Assembly (NCBI GenBank): GCA_030141605.1
Contig: JAQGDQ010000217.1
Coordinates: 309,383 to 373,382, forward strand
Source of the DNA: Tubiluchus corallicola
Lineage: Eukaryota > Animalia > Priapulida
DNA: 64,000 nt
Direction: 5' to 3'
Within the stretch, counting starts at the first letter, position 1; each line of letters opens with the position of its first letter. Shown here one piece after another: positions 12,701-39,452 of the stretch. A program made the translations under genes and the position numbers. Under the pieces are notes generated by a model. That model was not told the DNA's origin and made no database searches. It was given only the letters and a program-made list of their open reading frames with translations.

Positions 12701-15700
12701 GCTCCTACTTCGTTTACTCTATAAACAGCACATTAATATTGAAGTGAAAAGCTAGAAAATGCTAATTAAAGTCAAATGTTAGAGTCATATTAAAGTCAAA
12801 TTAAAGCCTTTCACAGTTTCGTTTTGCGCACGCGCAGTTACTATAGGTCAAAGGTTAAGTGTAACACAGCAACGGGTTTCAACTACAACAAGTCACGTGA
12901 CATTGTTTGTAAAACAAAGCCCTCTGCCGCACCAGTTCAGTAACTTCAATTGTTTTACGTTGAGTTTTACTAGCAGGATCTTGCTTGGGAACAAGAAAAA
13001 ATGAACAAGATAAAGTTCTAGTCAGCTGTTAAAACTGTTATTATTACAATAGCATGGCGTGCGAGGCGTTGTCAAGTGTTCACAAATACGTTGTCTGGTA
13101 CACTTAACCTTCGACCTTTTCACGACCATCAGCAATCGCTGGAATTGTTTTATGACATATAATTATATGTTATGGCATAATTATGTTAAATTTAGTTATG
13201 CAATCTTAAAAATTATTGAGAGTTAGGAAAATCATTAATAGTTCGTAAAGAAAAATAAGAAAGTAGAAACAACATTAAATTTTATTGGTACCCAAATGTC
13301 TCCTGCCAAAGTTTCCCTTGTCGAAATGTCCCAAGTGTCTCACACCCAAATGCCCGGCCCATATGGTCGTGCCCAAGTGTCACACACGTCGATTATTCCA
13401 GAGCGTATATATTCTACTACGACATAATAATCCTTGTAACTTTTTCCAAAAAATTCTGTATAACTCACGATAAAAGCTTATAGGCGTCTTTGTATCCTAT
13501 TGGATGAACGGGTATTTTGGGCATTTCTATGTCTCCTATGTCCAGCCTATGTGCTGCATCTACAAAAAATCGACCCGTTGTTGACCATTGACATTAAAGT
13601 TTGGCTTATATGTAAGATGTGAGGAAGCCAGCAAGCAAAATAAGATTAATTTAGACAAATAAGTTAAAAATATTGATTTATGGAGAGTATAGCTGATGAT
13701 GTTCTGAATATATTCTCTCATTTACGCTGTGATGACGATGTCTGATTTGGTTCTTACGTTCGTAATACTCACCGTTAGCTGGATATCCAGGTGTTAATGG
13801 ATCTCCCGAACCACCTGAAAAAGTTAAAATTTTGAATGCAAGCATCTTGCAGACTCTGATATCGTTGTTCACTCATTTATTTTGCTGTTTAATTTTGTTA
13901 GAAGGTTATTCGTGCTTTCTTAGGTGCTTTCTCTAAGGAAAAACTTGATAAAAGTGAATACCTACACACACACACACTTACTATGGTTAACTGGGTTTTT
14001 CAACTGAAATACCTATGTGAAAAGTTTATAACAGTTTATAACATATAAGTTAAGGCATTTGTAACACATATGAAACCTAAGTTGCAGGTTAAGATATTGT
14101 GAAAATAAACATGCAATTGCATAATGTAAAATTTAATATAGATCAAATACCGATTGTTAGGTCTACTCACGGAAAACTGAACCACGTTGCACAGCTACGT
14201 CTGGCATCCACCATGTATCTGGGAAAACTCCGATATTTGGGTCTCTGTCAGTAGAATCAGCTGGATCTGAATAAAGAATCACTCCTAGAGCACCATAACG
14301 TTCAGCGAATTCCACCTATGGATACTGTAACTTCAGTTTCAGAACGGTACTTGTGCTCCGTTTGTTAGGGGCTATATATTGGTACTGCTGAGTTATATTT
14401 ACAATGTATAATAAATATATGATGTATGATGTATGATATTGGGACAGTATATCGAAATCTGAAGTACCAGATTTAATACTAGTATAAATTGGAATTAATG
14501 GACGTACAGTTGGGACGTCATTCACATTAGACATTATATCATCTTCGGACGACGAAATGTTTATTTTATTTATTTGTAACGAACTAATGTGCTATTTCAA
14601 TTACTGGACGACTAATTTATCTATTTGATTTGGCAGGCATATTGAGTGATGATACAATGAAGCGTTCTTTGAAGATAGATCGTAAATTTTGTATGACTTT
14701 ACTAAAAATAATTTAGTGTAAAACTTCCTGCTTGCGTTAACAGTTTCACAAGAGTTTCTGGCTTGGGTGTAAGAGAAATTTTGTAGTGCCGATGTTTTCT
14801 AAATGCCTTAAGCCGTTCAGAAAATTTGCTTCGCACTTAGACCCAAGAACTTGACTGATTATGTAACTCTTGTCAACACAGGTCGGTGAAACACTGAGAT
14901 TAAAAGGCGACGAATAAGTGGTCAAAAATTTAAGCCGAAAGAATATCATAGACAAAATTTTCTCTTAGAAATTTTCTTCTCAAAAGTCTGCTGCTGTAAC
15001 TGAATTGCATTTATTGACTAATATAATTTTAGCTGACAATTGCTTTTACCAGTATTTTACATGTATTTTTTTAAATGAACATTATTCTGATTAGAATTGA
15101 TTGCAAAGTACCTAAGTGTATTGACGAATGCTAACTCTAATCGAGAGGTCCTCAAGTTTTTTGCCTTTCGCGCTCGTTTCACCATATGTGTGAATGCATC
15201 CACTTTCCAAGTCAGGCTGATTTTTTTTGTACATTGCTCGTGCACCCTTCTATTCAGAATGCCATCCCCTCCCAAGGTTGTCTGGTTACACTTGAGTGCA
15301 TTCTAGTTCGATTATTTTTAGAAGCGATATTTGCAAATTTATCAGTAGCGGAAAATATTGATAAAATTTAAATATATTTAATTTTTATAAATGTTAATCT
15401 GTGCTATTCAATTGTGTGATTTTCTGTAAATTAATTATGCACAATTGCACATTTGTTGTTTGGAGAAAGATCAGCATTTCAATCTGTGATCAATTGCGAT
15501 TTCCCCTTGCAAATCCAAAATTCTTCCCAAAGGAATCCCCCTGCTTGACAACCCTGCTCTAACAGATAGAGCGTGCTCACATAGGACACGAAACTCGGAC
15601 GTTCTGGCCATCACAGAAAAATACACTGTTTTGTATAGGCGTCTTCGATTTGGCCGTTTTACTGCGGAGATTGTGGCAGAATGCCGAGTGCCGAACTCTA

Positions 15701-17294
15701 ACGTCCAGAATATTCGACTGCTTTCTTTAATTTTAGAACATGTCAAGTAAACACTTCAGTTCAAGATTACAGTATTTGTACGCACTTTATTTTTGCCTCT
15801 CTCGTTGTTTGCAGAAATTAAGTCTTTACGTTTAGCACTATTGTTTTTTACATGGTCAAGTAGTTCTGCAATGATATTGCTTATGTACATAACCACAAAA
15901 CAACGGTGTTCTGACGTTGAATTCTGCGCAAGTAGCAGAGGAGTGGATTTGTCAGGATTTCCGAAGACTTTTATACAAAATATAGTTTGCCGACGTTTTG
16001 CATATGTTCATATGCTAACCATAATGGTGGTGCAATATAAAGCAAACAGAGGTCATTATGTGCAGACGTTTAACTGAGAGATAATTTTTTAGGTAGCCCA
16101 TGTAATTGTACATGTAAATTAAACGTAAAATCACGATGAAACTAGAAAGTCAAAGAAAAAAATGACGTGCCTTGTCTCCTTGATAGATTTTCCCGTATCT
16201 GGCTATGACGATAGTTCCATTGACTTTGTAGCCATTTTTGGCGAGGTACTCAAAGTCCTCAAGTCTGCCATAGTTCACATAGACAAGCTCTGCCTACATA
16301 TAATATTTCAAGAAAGAAGAGAAATTATTATTGTAGGTTAGCTCTTTAAGCGACATCGAGAGTTTTAAATAGTTAGCTTATGCCTTATAGAATAATTACG
16401 TTCAGCAAATGAATACTGGGGAGTTAAGTTCTGTTGTTTTCGACGCTAAGATTGTTTGACCATATGGATATTTTGGCAAGACACGCAGAGACATACGATC
16501 ATTAGGATTCTGAGTGTGGTGAAGTAAACACATGACTGTTGAAATTTGGATACATGTGGATTGGGAGCAAGCAAAAAGCGTAAGTAAATTTTATTGTACA
16601 CAAAAAACTTGGACATACTGGACCTGCCTCGTGTCCAAAAGCGTGCGAAAAGTGTGCGAACGCCAAAATATTTTCATTAAACTCACCTTTGGATCACCTG
16701 ATGTGGAGTAAGCATTAAATGGTGGCACGACGTTGGCAAAACTCTGCTGTGCTGTAAGAGGAGGTTCTTCCACTTGTGAAGAAAATAGTTCGTCGTTTGT
16801 TAGCTTATCAAGTATTCTTACCTAGTACAGAAAACGCAAAACAAGTATTCATTTTTACATGCAATATGAATTATTATTATTCAACTTATTATTATTATTA
16901 ATGAATTATTATTGAGTAAATTTACGTCTAGCTGATAACAGAGAGAAGAAGGTCCGATTTGTCTAAATTTATGTTTATGCAGAGCCTACATTTGTAAGCT
17001 TAAGGATAAATTTCGGACAAATTGACTGTGGACTAGCTGCTACATTTAAATTTTTCATTGTATAGGCTAACCTGGTATACATACCCTATTACGATTATCC
17101 AGTTTTGTTTCTGGATAGCTTAGAAGAACATTGTATGGTGTCAATTTCACCCAATCCAGTCCACTAGCACGCCACATTAAGGCTATTCGTTCAGCAAGTG
17201 TCTTGTCTTGAGGCGTTCCAGCTAGATGAGGTTTAGACGCCATCAGTCTGGCAACAGTTAATGTGTAAGTGTATCAAAATTACTAACAAGAACA

Positions 17295-17340
<46 letters not shown>

Positions 17341-17795
17341 TCTTTTGTTTTTTAGCCGCATTTTCTTTATTTTTCACTAATGTTCTGAAGGTAGTTCACA
17401 ATGGCGGACAGAAGCGTCCAGCTTTTTCATTTTTTAATGTGCGATGTTCTATTTATCGTTCCAGTTGTTGTAAAAATTATCTGCATGTTCATATATTAAG
17501 AAGATTTTGAAATGAAAGATCTACGTCGTTGAGATAATTATTTATAATTTTCTGCTTACCTCAAATATCCTCTAATGCTTTCTTTGTTGATAGCTTCAAT
17601 AAACGTACTAGATTTCCATATGGTATCATCGGTTAAAGCCATAGAAATAATTCGATTTCGTCCCTTGTCACCTTCTCCAGCAGGAAGCTTTTTGCTAAAA
17701 TATCCGATGATGACACCAGTTATCAGACATATCACTCCTGCGCACACCCCAGCGGTGATAAGATCTGATCTTGAATACATCTTTATTGGAGCCAT
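703..17795 (-). CDS. M28B glutamate carboxypeptidase II/NAALADase-like protein, paralog A (3'-partial; catalytic Glu replaced by Lys)
   Basis: 18 exons read by eye: 17795-17560, 17247-17085, 16821-16687, 16293-16171, 14315-14171, 13814-13773, 13559-13469, 11045-10959, 10423-10338, 8363-8161, 8007-7944, 7369-7302, 7098-6986, 6211-6121, 2922-2830, 2288-2123, 1573-1483, 795-703. Shows an N-terminal TM anchor ([20 protein letters not shown]), PHLAGT, PA-domain [72 protein letters not shown] and [12 protein letters not shown]. Exons 2-18 are the same length as in gene B. The final exon must lie left of base 1. Confidence 0.93.
1243..1295. repeat. (CA)/(CGCA)/(CG)/(TA) alternating purine-pyrimidine repeat
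   Basis: Directly visible. Confidence 0.9.
4723..5773. mobile_element. Foldback-like non-autonomous element with modular ~15-bp subterminal repeats
   Basis: The left end has tandem GAC(A/G)TTT(G/A)GGC units (4730-4860). Inverted units occur at 5075-5100 and 5715-5773, and the termini are TGATT...AATCA. Confidence 0.55.
9710..9870. mobile_element. Decayed tRNA-derived element similar to 39090-39452
   Basis: Minus strand reads TGGTTCAGTGG...GATTCCAATCCCGG...TTTTTCACA. On the plus strand, GAGGTCTCTG...TCCAGACTCAG...TTTCTCA resembles a tRNA 3' half facing the other way. Confidence 0.45.
12130..13390. mobile_element. Second foldback-like element of similar design (intron 7 of gene A)
   Basis: GCCATTTGGG/GACATTT units at 12140-12215 and inverted CCCAAATGTC/GCCCAAGTGTC units at 13285-13390. 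Confidence 0.5.
17299..17335. repeat. (AT)n microsatellite
   Basis: Directly visible, in intron 1 of gene A. Confidence 0.95.
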
Positions 17796-19245
17796 AAATG
17801 AGATCTATTTGATGGAATCAAGCGTTCAAAACAGAAGAAACAGAACAAGTGGAACAACTGTTGCAAAATGAAAATCACGTTTCCAATTGTTTTCAGCCGC
17901 AGAAAGAGCTTACACATTGTTTAAATTTATAGCGATTTACTAGAGCTTCAGATGGAATGGTGATTATAATGCTGTTTAAAACAAAACGCGTGCTGACTGG
18001 TGACTACACAATGTACATTTGCAACAATAAACGGAAAGGTTTCGTCAGAGAATGGAGCAAAATGGACGATAGACTAAGAGTATAAAATAGTCCCAAGAAT
18101 AACATGTAGCAAGCCTTACGCTGTATTTGCCGTTTAAGTAACGAATATGAATTAAGTCTCCATCTTGAACTGTAGATTATGAATAATTAATTGCAGATTA
18201 AAATTTTCTAGAGGTTTTAATTTAATTGCAAAAGATAATTGACCTCATTAGTTAGTATTACTTTAGTATTATCCTAGCACTTGGAAATGTTGAACGGTAT
18301 GAGCTATTAAATTAGAATTGAACTCAGATCTTCTCTTATAAGGGCTGCGTGGTAAGGTGCGGATTTGTATAATGGTTTTTTAATTGAAAGGTCTCTGGTG
18401 CATATTCTGGCTCAGCCTTTCATACATATATACATTAGACATCAATAATCGCAGTGATTGATCAGCCACAGGTAATTAACTTTCAATGTTTATAAATTTC
18501 TGTGTTACAAAGTTCTTTTACGTGTTATAGTGTTACGTGATATTATGTTACATTTCATAGTAATAGTGTTCCAAAGGATATTTTTAATTTCTGTGTATTA
18601 ATATACTTTATTTGTTTGTTTTGCTTATCTATGAATTCAAAATAAGGTATGATAAAAATGTGTCCTGCACAGTTTCTAAATAAATGCCAGTATGCATGTT
18701 TATCGTGTCATTGGCGATTTCATTTTAGAACACAGTTATAAGAAAATAAAAACGATTAAGCGGCAGATTATGTAATAACAGTGAGTGCTGGTCTAAATGG
18801 CAAGACAGTTCGGAGAAAGGGAAAGATTGGGTACGAATTAGCCACTAAGAAATAGATGGTTGGAGTAACACAAACTTATAGAATTTATAGAATTACCAGT
18901 TTAAAACGCAGGAGTGCTACTGTGAAAGAGCTGAGACTGACTGCAGTGGCTGCTGATGTTTGCTTCGATAGATGGGGATGATAAAATGGACAAGGAGTAA
19001 AAGGTGAACAATTGCAGAAGTCTATAAATGTTTTGCTGTTTACAAATCTGTACAAGGTATACGTGGGAGTACCTCAGTATAGGATATATTAATACGGTGT
19101 TACTAAAAAGAAATGTGTTTAAAATTAAATTACAGCAGCTTTAACTTTCTTTACCTTATGAACATGAATTAGTAGTAGAAAGCAGACATTTCTTTATCTT
19201 CCTAATGAAAGACTGACCTGGTTAGCAAAGCGTCTGACAACCAAC

Positions 19246-19251
19246 TTTATT
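19246..19251 (-). promoter_or_regulatory. Candidate polyadenylation signal of gene B
   Basis: AATAAA on the minus strand about 190 nt after the stop codon. Confidence 0.35.
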
Positions 19252-19443
19252 TTTAAGAATCCAATAAGCAGTTTTTCCTGGTATAATCAACAACATAACT
19301 AAAAGGCTAATTATTTTTAATAAAACCCGTAGGGCTCGCTAAAACGTGACAAGGTTACCTACCTTCTTCAGATACCTGCTATTTCAGATATTAAAATCAA
19401 TTCGTTACTTTACAGACTTTACAAATACATTATAGGAACAGAA

Positions 19444-33097
<13,654 letters not shown>

Positions 33098-33449
33098 GAT
33101 TGAACTCCATTAAATCATAGATTCCATTAAATTGTTATTACGGATCTAAGTCAATACAGTTATTAACCGGGCAATTGTGTTCATTCCGAGGTACGTTCAA
33201 TCTAATTGGAAAACAATATAATTGTTCAAATCGCAAACCTTTCTTTCAAAATCTTATTTCTATCAATTTCATGGATGAGTCCTTTGGAGTTAATATCTAT
33301 TATGAGGACACTACGCTAGTCTGACGTAATAAAAATGGTTTGATTTTTAAAATTTACACCATTTCAGGTTAAAATAGTACTCGACGGTCAACAGATCCTA
33401 TTTCAGGTGGACTTTGCCTGAAAGGTAATACACAGTAAATATACCGCAT

Positions 33450-33560
33450 ATCATATACCAATACAAATGCTCATTTCAAATCCCCATTTAAATTCCAGTT
33501 TAAATACCGATGCAAATGCCAATTGTAAATACCCGTTTAAATTGTAGCTCAAATGCACGT
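33450..33560. repeat. Degenerate ~12-bp tandem repeat upstream of gene B
   Basis: CC..TT(T/C)AAAT units recur about every 12 bp. Confidence 0.55.
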
Positions 33561-36500
33561 GTATTTGTATGTACTTAAACTGGAATTGCATCTTTATGCA
33601 GCTGGAAAACATCACAATGGAACTACTCTAAAAATTTGCTGCCAATTACCGTCGAGGTAAAAGTTGTGGTTGCACAATGTTCTTATCATGTTCTATCATT
33701 TTCTAATCGTGATATTACAAGGTAAGTATAATAATGGAAATATTTGGGCGTTCAGTTACTGATATCCGTGGTACTCCGAAAAATAAAAAACAGTGAACAT
33801 CATTAATATAACGCTTTCTATAAACGCTGAACATTATTTACCATAATGTGCTTACGTTTGGAATAACTGTGTATAAATTAAATGTCGCTATCAGTATTTT
33901 AGTGATTCACAAATTTCTGTAAGAAACCAAGAGAAAGGTAACAACATTTAAATATTCATAAAACACTGCGACTAATTACAGTAAGGTAACAAAACTGTAG
34001 TCTAATTCCTTGCTCAAAGCAAATTTAAATGCAAATACCATTGTAAACTAATAAACACAGGTTTATACGTTTTATTGCAGATAATATTTTGAGAAAGGCA
34101 TCAAACTAATGTGTAAATCAACTAGTTGCCGATTTGTTGTGAGTGGCACCTTACTTTTAGAAAATGAATCAGTGTCTCTAATGGGGGAAATTAACGAAAG
34201 TACTTGGCTACCGATCTGTCATCTCTTATTAACAAAGTATATTTTGAAGCTGTAATTTAAATCTTTAATATGCATTTTACAAAACAGAATACACATTTGT
34301 ATTTCAAATTTATTTTCAATATTGCGCTATTTTATTTCTTATATGAATTATACGTTGGTGAACCAAACTTGGTGTTCTAAGAAATATAAAAGTTGGCCTT
34401 TTGACTTTGTGTTAAAAAACATTTAGTTGTCCTACAACAGACGCTTCCTTAGTGGCAGTTTCGTGAATATTAATAGAGCAACACAACGTCGATTTCGCTT
34501 CATGATCAGATTACAAGTGATTTTTATTTTTATACAAATTCTTGCAAATTTTATGCACAGCCAGTAGCCATTTTTCGGTTAGGAATAATTATTTTAATTT
34601 TTTACGTCCGCCTAAAAGATTTCATTTTAGACATTTTTTTCGTTCATTTATTTCTTTTCTGTTTGCTTGTTTGTTTGAGTATTTGTTAATCTGTTAGTCA
34701 GTAGGATTATCTAAGAACTACTTAAGTGATTTCTACGAAACTTTTTTGAAGAGTGGGACAAGGTTGCACCTACTAAATCATTAAATTTTGACACCGATAC
34801 CTGGGACATTTGGGGGACGGGTAAAAGGCGAAAATGGACATTTTTTGTTTTTTGTTAACCGAATTCTCGGTGGGAAAACCAAAACAAATCTGCCTATAGC
34901 CTTTGTTTACAGGCTGGCTTCACAATGTAAACGCGATATATCTAGTCTGTTAACAATTCTTTGACAAAACATCAAAGAATTGTAGAAAAACAGCATTGTG
35001 TTAGTATGTTTACGCATTATTAATCACAATTCTGTGTATTTAATTTTTCCTTTTTTTGCTTATTTTTCGACTCAGTGAAAATAATGTAATACGACATTTT
35101 TCTACCTTACCATTTGCGCCTTTTATTCCTGTACCATTTTTACCTATATTCATTAAACCAATCGCATTTTCGAAAACAAATTTCACCAAAAGGCAGAAGT
35201 GTGAAAATCGACCTAAATTTAAACAAGAGACTTTGAATTACCAATCTAATGCCATGACTACTAGATTACCTAGCTCCTTGTGATCACGGCATGTCTTTGT
35301 TTTAATTTTTAACTTGCCTTTTAAGTTTTGCAAAAAATGAAAGTTTGGGCTTCTGTCACAAAAACTGAGCGTATACGTTTCTTGATATTTCTGAGAGGCC
35401 AAGTTTGTAGTATGGCGAAATATTTTCAGTAGCTTACCTACCACAAGCTGTTCTAGGGTTTTTGAATAGAATATTTCAATTTAATTATAGCATGCCAAAA
35501 AGAGAAAGAATTTAACTACAAATTAATATTTGGAAAACATTAATTAATTACAGGTATACATAAGTTTCATTTTTTCAATTAAAATTTGTGTACTGTTTTA
35601 AATTACTGAGAAGAATGAAAAATTAATGCTGATATATAAAATAATATACATAGTGACCAAAACAACAATTAAAATTTGCTACTGAAACTTAAACAAGTTT
35701 TTAAGCATATAACAGCTAAATTTTCACGAATTTTGTGCTTATTTTAAAACGTTTTGTTGTTGCAAAAGTTCTTCGCAGCTGAAAATTTTTCAATCAAAAC
35801 AAATGCATTTTATACGGGCTGGTCATTATCCTTGCATGCACTCAGTCTAAAACACTCTTTTGTCTTCATGCTCTTTATAAAAACAATAATACTTGAAAAA
35901 TGCATACCTTTCCCGTTAAAGCAAATAATTGTCTATTGCCTGAGGTAATGCAGCCACAACAAAATGAGCACTGCTAATTAGGCCTAATTTACACACAGTC
36001 TAAACACGTGTTACGGCCCGGTGTGTCAATAAACAACTAATAAATTGGCAGATGCTTATGTTGGGTATAACACTTTTATTCGCGTAAAAGAGTAGTCACT
36101 GTTAGTTAAATTAATGCCTTTCTTGTCACTGTGAATCACTTTTATTCATAATTTTGCTAAATTGCTGTTACCGACCCAGTGTGCCCCTGGAGAAATGGCT
36201 TAAGTTCGAAGAGAGGTCACGCCATTTTGCGAAGGAGTTTCATGTGAATGGAGAAGAATTAAAAACAAACCCCTGGGGAATAAAATTCCAAAATCCGTTG
36301 TTTGAAAATGACACGCTTCGTTAAATTTAGACCCATCGAGGTGCGCCCTGTGGCGTCTTATTAGCTCTCCTTTTGTGACATAACTCAACGCCTTGAAAAG
36401 TTTAATGGAAAGCACTTTGTGGGCATTCTTGTGAAACCGTTCAAGTGAATATTGCAGTTAAAAAAGCGAAAATTTGTGCATCTCAGTCCTCACGTGACCG

Positions 36501-37039
36501 CACCCCTTCTACTTAGTTGCAGGAAAGATTACCAAGTTTGGCTGTGAAATTTTCTCTTATTTCTTTTCTCTAGTTTTTTTCTTTTGTCACGCTTTGCTAT
36601 TTATATTTTGAAATGCTTTTTGTGTATTTTATGTTGTATTTTATGAAGGAGATACTGTAAATAAATAAATAAACAAATAAATAAATAAATCAATAAGTGA
36701 ATAAACAAATTATCCATTATTTTTGTTACTTCCATTATACAGAAATTTCATGTCTTGAAATTAGAGTTTTCTTTTTTTGGTTTTAGTGATAAGATCAACG
36801 TTTTTAAACAGATTAAACTGTAATGTGTGACTTCGGGTTTGGTCGGCCTTGGGAAATTTACCAACAGAGCCTGGCACGTGTTTTCTCTGTAATTTCTCGA
36901 CTCCCATAATCTAAATCAACTTGTTATGTAATTATTATTTTAACTTGCGTCCACCCATCCTTTCACTAGAATTTAATATTCTTCTTCTTATTATTTTCTA
37001 TGCTACTAACAAATTGAAAATTTTAGGGCAATTTCGAAT

Positions 37040-37092
37040 TAAATAAATGAATAAATAAAAATAAATAAAAAAATAAAATAAAATAATAATAA

Positions 37093-37137
<45 letters not shown>

Positions 37138-37141
37138 CAGC

Positions 37142-37173
<32 letters not shown>

Positions 37174-37375
37174 CCATAATAATAATAATAATAATGCTAA
37201 CAATAATGATGTAATAACAATAACAACAATACTAATAACCACTATGACGACGACAACGACGACGACGATGACGACAACGACGACAACAACAATAGCAACA
37301 ACAAGAACAGCCGCAACCACAACAGCAATAGCAACAACAACAGCAGCAACAACAAATAACAAACAATGAAGCATA
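37040..37375. repeat. Compound low-complexity repeat (AAAT/AAT/AAC/GAC/AGC)
   Basis: Directly visible; explains the spurious poly-Leu/Val ORF. Confidence 0.95.
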
Positions 37376-37601
37376 ACACCGAAGATGAGGTGTGATGAGT
37401 TTAAAGAGAGATTAAACTGTCCGTAAATTGAAATTTGAGAACAGAGAACAGCGGACATTACATTCTCTGTTATCATGCAAAACTTGCTCTGTTTATAAGG
37501 AACATTAGCTTGTTTATTTATCTATGACAATGGTAATGATTACCGATGATGACGACGACGTTCATAATTAATAATTAAGAATAATTACGTTGAATGCTTA
37601 C

Positions 37602-38040
37602 ACAGGGGCGTCGTGCACCAAAACAAATTGGGGGGGGGGGACTGTATATAATGGCAGAACTTAACTGTTTAAAAACGTATAATTTTGAAAAAAATTATTT
37701 ATTAGCTGTGTAAGTATTTATTAGCTGTCAGGAATCCGACGCAGAACATCACTCCAGAAGAGCTCAACCACAGACTTCAAGTCCATATTCTTTGTTTTCC
37801 CAGCCTCAACTGCTTTACAGTCAAACGGGATTCTTGTCGTGACTGACTGATGTGTAAGACTAAGACTGTTACCTGTGATTAAATGTTGGGTTCACAGACT
37901 ATCATTTTCTCTGCAACAAACGAATAGCTGTCAAAAAAAGCCAAAATAGCTCGTTCGTCACTGGAAATCAATAAAACTGTTCATCATTTTATCGTAAAAG
38001 TTAGAAATTGCCTAGAGAAAGACCAACCTTCAGTGAAACA
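37602..38040 (-). mobile_element. Possible hAT transposon end or dimerisation-domain remnant
   Basis: CAGGGGCG...poly-G terminus. Minus-strand fragments VLLISSDERA and MDLKSVVELF are reminiscent of the hAT C-terminus, but very decayed. Confidence 0.3.
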
Positions 38041-39089
38041 TAAAGTTGCTAGTTTTATTGCCCACATTTGCATTGAATGCCTGTCACAGTTTCAAAATCT
38101 GTTATAGGCAAAGCAACTCAATGCAGAAACATGCTTAAACGAAGAAGACTATAGGTTACTATACACAATGAAATGAAAATATGAATTCATGTATTTAAGA
38201 ATTGTTTCTGTAATCACTGTGTAGTGTACTTGTAACACCATTATGTACGCTGTCCACAAGTATCGTCATAATTGCAACATTACGCTGTTAAGTGTTTGCA
38301 TTTTTACAGACCAATTTCATCGGCTGAAATGTAAAAAGACCCGCTGCAGTGCCACCCCATTCCTGTCTGGGATATTTGTGTCCACTTTGCAGATGAACCT
38401 CTCGATTCAAAGGTATTAAATAGGAGCGACTATAAGGCAGAGCTTATATCTTAGCTGTCTTACGACAGGGCTTTGTTAGAAATTTAAACGCTGAACAAGT
38501 GCAATTTGAGTTGTTAAGCCACATACTAATGATGTACCTACCATAAATAGTATTTTTAGTGTAATTTCGACTTTTCGACTAATCCGCAAATGATAAACAG
38601 CTGATTGCCGAAGTCTTAGAGCATGACTGAATTGACTGCATCCACTCAACTTGTTGCTAATATTTAGGCGGCCGAAATTGATTACTGGCTGCAAATGTTG
38701 GAAAACGTGTGCCGTGGGCCTGTAAGCCAATTCAGTCTTAAAGTAAGCGCGAAAGTTTCTTGCGCATTTGGTGCTTAAAAAGCCTTGCAATAATAATATA
38801 CCGTGTAGATGGTTAATAATAGCTGCTGCCACTGTGCAGAGTTCAAAGAAGAAAAACAGTTTATTGCAACCAGCCCATTTTAGATATGTAGAGCCTGGAA
38901 AATAAGCCAAGCATACTATGATTTTTTACCCCTTTGCTTTATTTTATACTGTTCTAAGGAATCCTAAAGATACTGTTAATTAATATAATTATATCATGTC
39001 AAGATTATTATTAATGATGGTGCAAACCCGATTTTAATTCATTTTTGATTGAAATAAATTAATTTAAATTAAATTTGATATGCAAAGCA

Positions 39090-39452
39090 GTTGGAATACA
39101 GCCTGGATTTTCATCGATAATCTTCTTATGAGGCAAATGCTTTAGACCACCGTATTCCCCATTGATGAAGCAAGTCCAAAGTTCTCCTTTATAGCTTTTC
39201 AACCGTATTCAGTGTTAGATCGCTCGCAATAATAGACTGATTTCTAACTAACTAGATTATTGATTATTTTTATTAAGTTTGAGCCTGAACCTTCGTTAGG
39301 AATATTGTTAGTTGTTTTAGTAGGTTGGCTAGCTATAAAGGATGAACTTTGGACTGTCTTGATCACCGGAATTCGCTAGTGATCTAGGGCATCTGCCTTA
39401 TAAGTAGAAAGCCCCTGGTTCAAATCCAACCTGAATTTCGAGTTTTTCACAT
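39090..39452. mobile_element. Inverted pair of outward-facing tRNA-like units (tRNA-derived palindromic element)
   Basis: The reverse complement of 39090-39196 (GCTATAAAGGAGAACTTTGGACT...GTGGTCTAAAGCATTTGCCTCATAAG) matches 39332-39440 (GCTATAAAGGATGAACTTTGGACT...GTGATCTAGGGCATCTGCCTTATAAG...GGTTCAAATCC). The right arm has A-box and B-box-like motifs followed by TTTTTCACA. Confidence 0.65.

Noticed and set aside
14323-15774. Possible Tc1/pogo-like element bounded by TACTGTAA...TTACAGTA, with ORF fragments
   Set aside because: Only an 8-bp match in AT-rich DNA, and I could not recognise a transposase motif. It may be a TE remnant but is unsupported.
703-17795. Calling gene A a pseudogene
   Set aside because: No stop, frameshift or lost splice site in 18 exons. 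The substitutions are missense, so pseudogene status is not supported from the visible sequence.
18640-19150. Possible LINE 3' fragment between genes A and B
   Set aside because: Only a vague resemblance (LYRFVN...RSKH); too decayed to call.
36009-36380. TGT...ACA solo-LTR-like segment
   Set aside because: No matching TSD or second copy in the window.
37039-37476. 145-aa hydrophobic ORF
   Set aside because: Low-complexity repeat with no splice or homology support.
38476-38910. 144-aa intergenic ORF
   Set aside because: Non-ATG start with no recognisable motif or exon structure.
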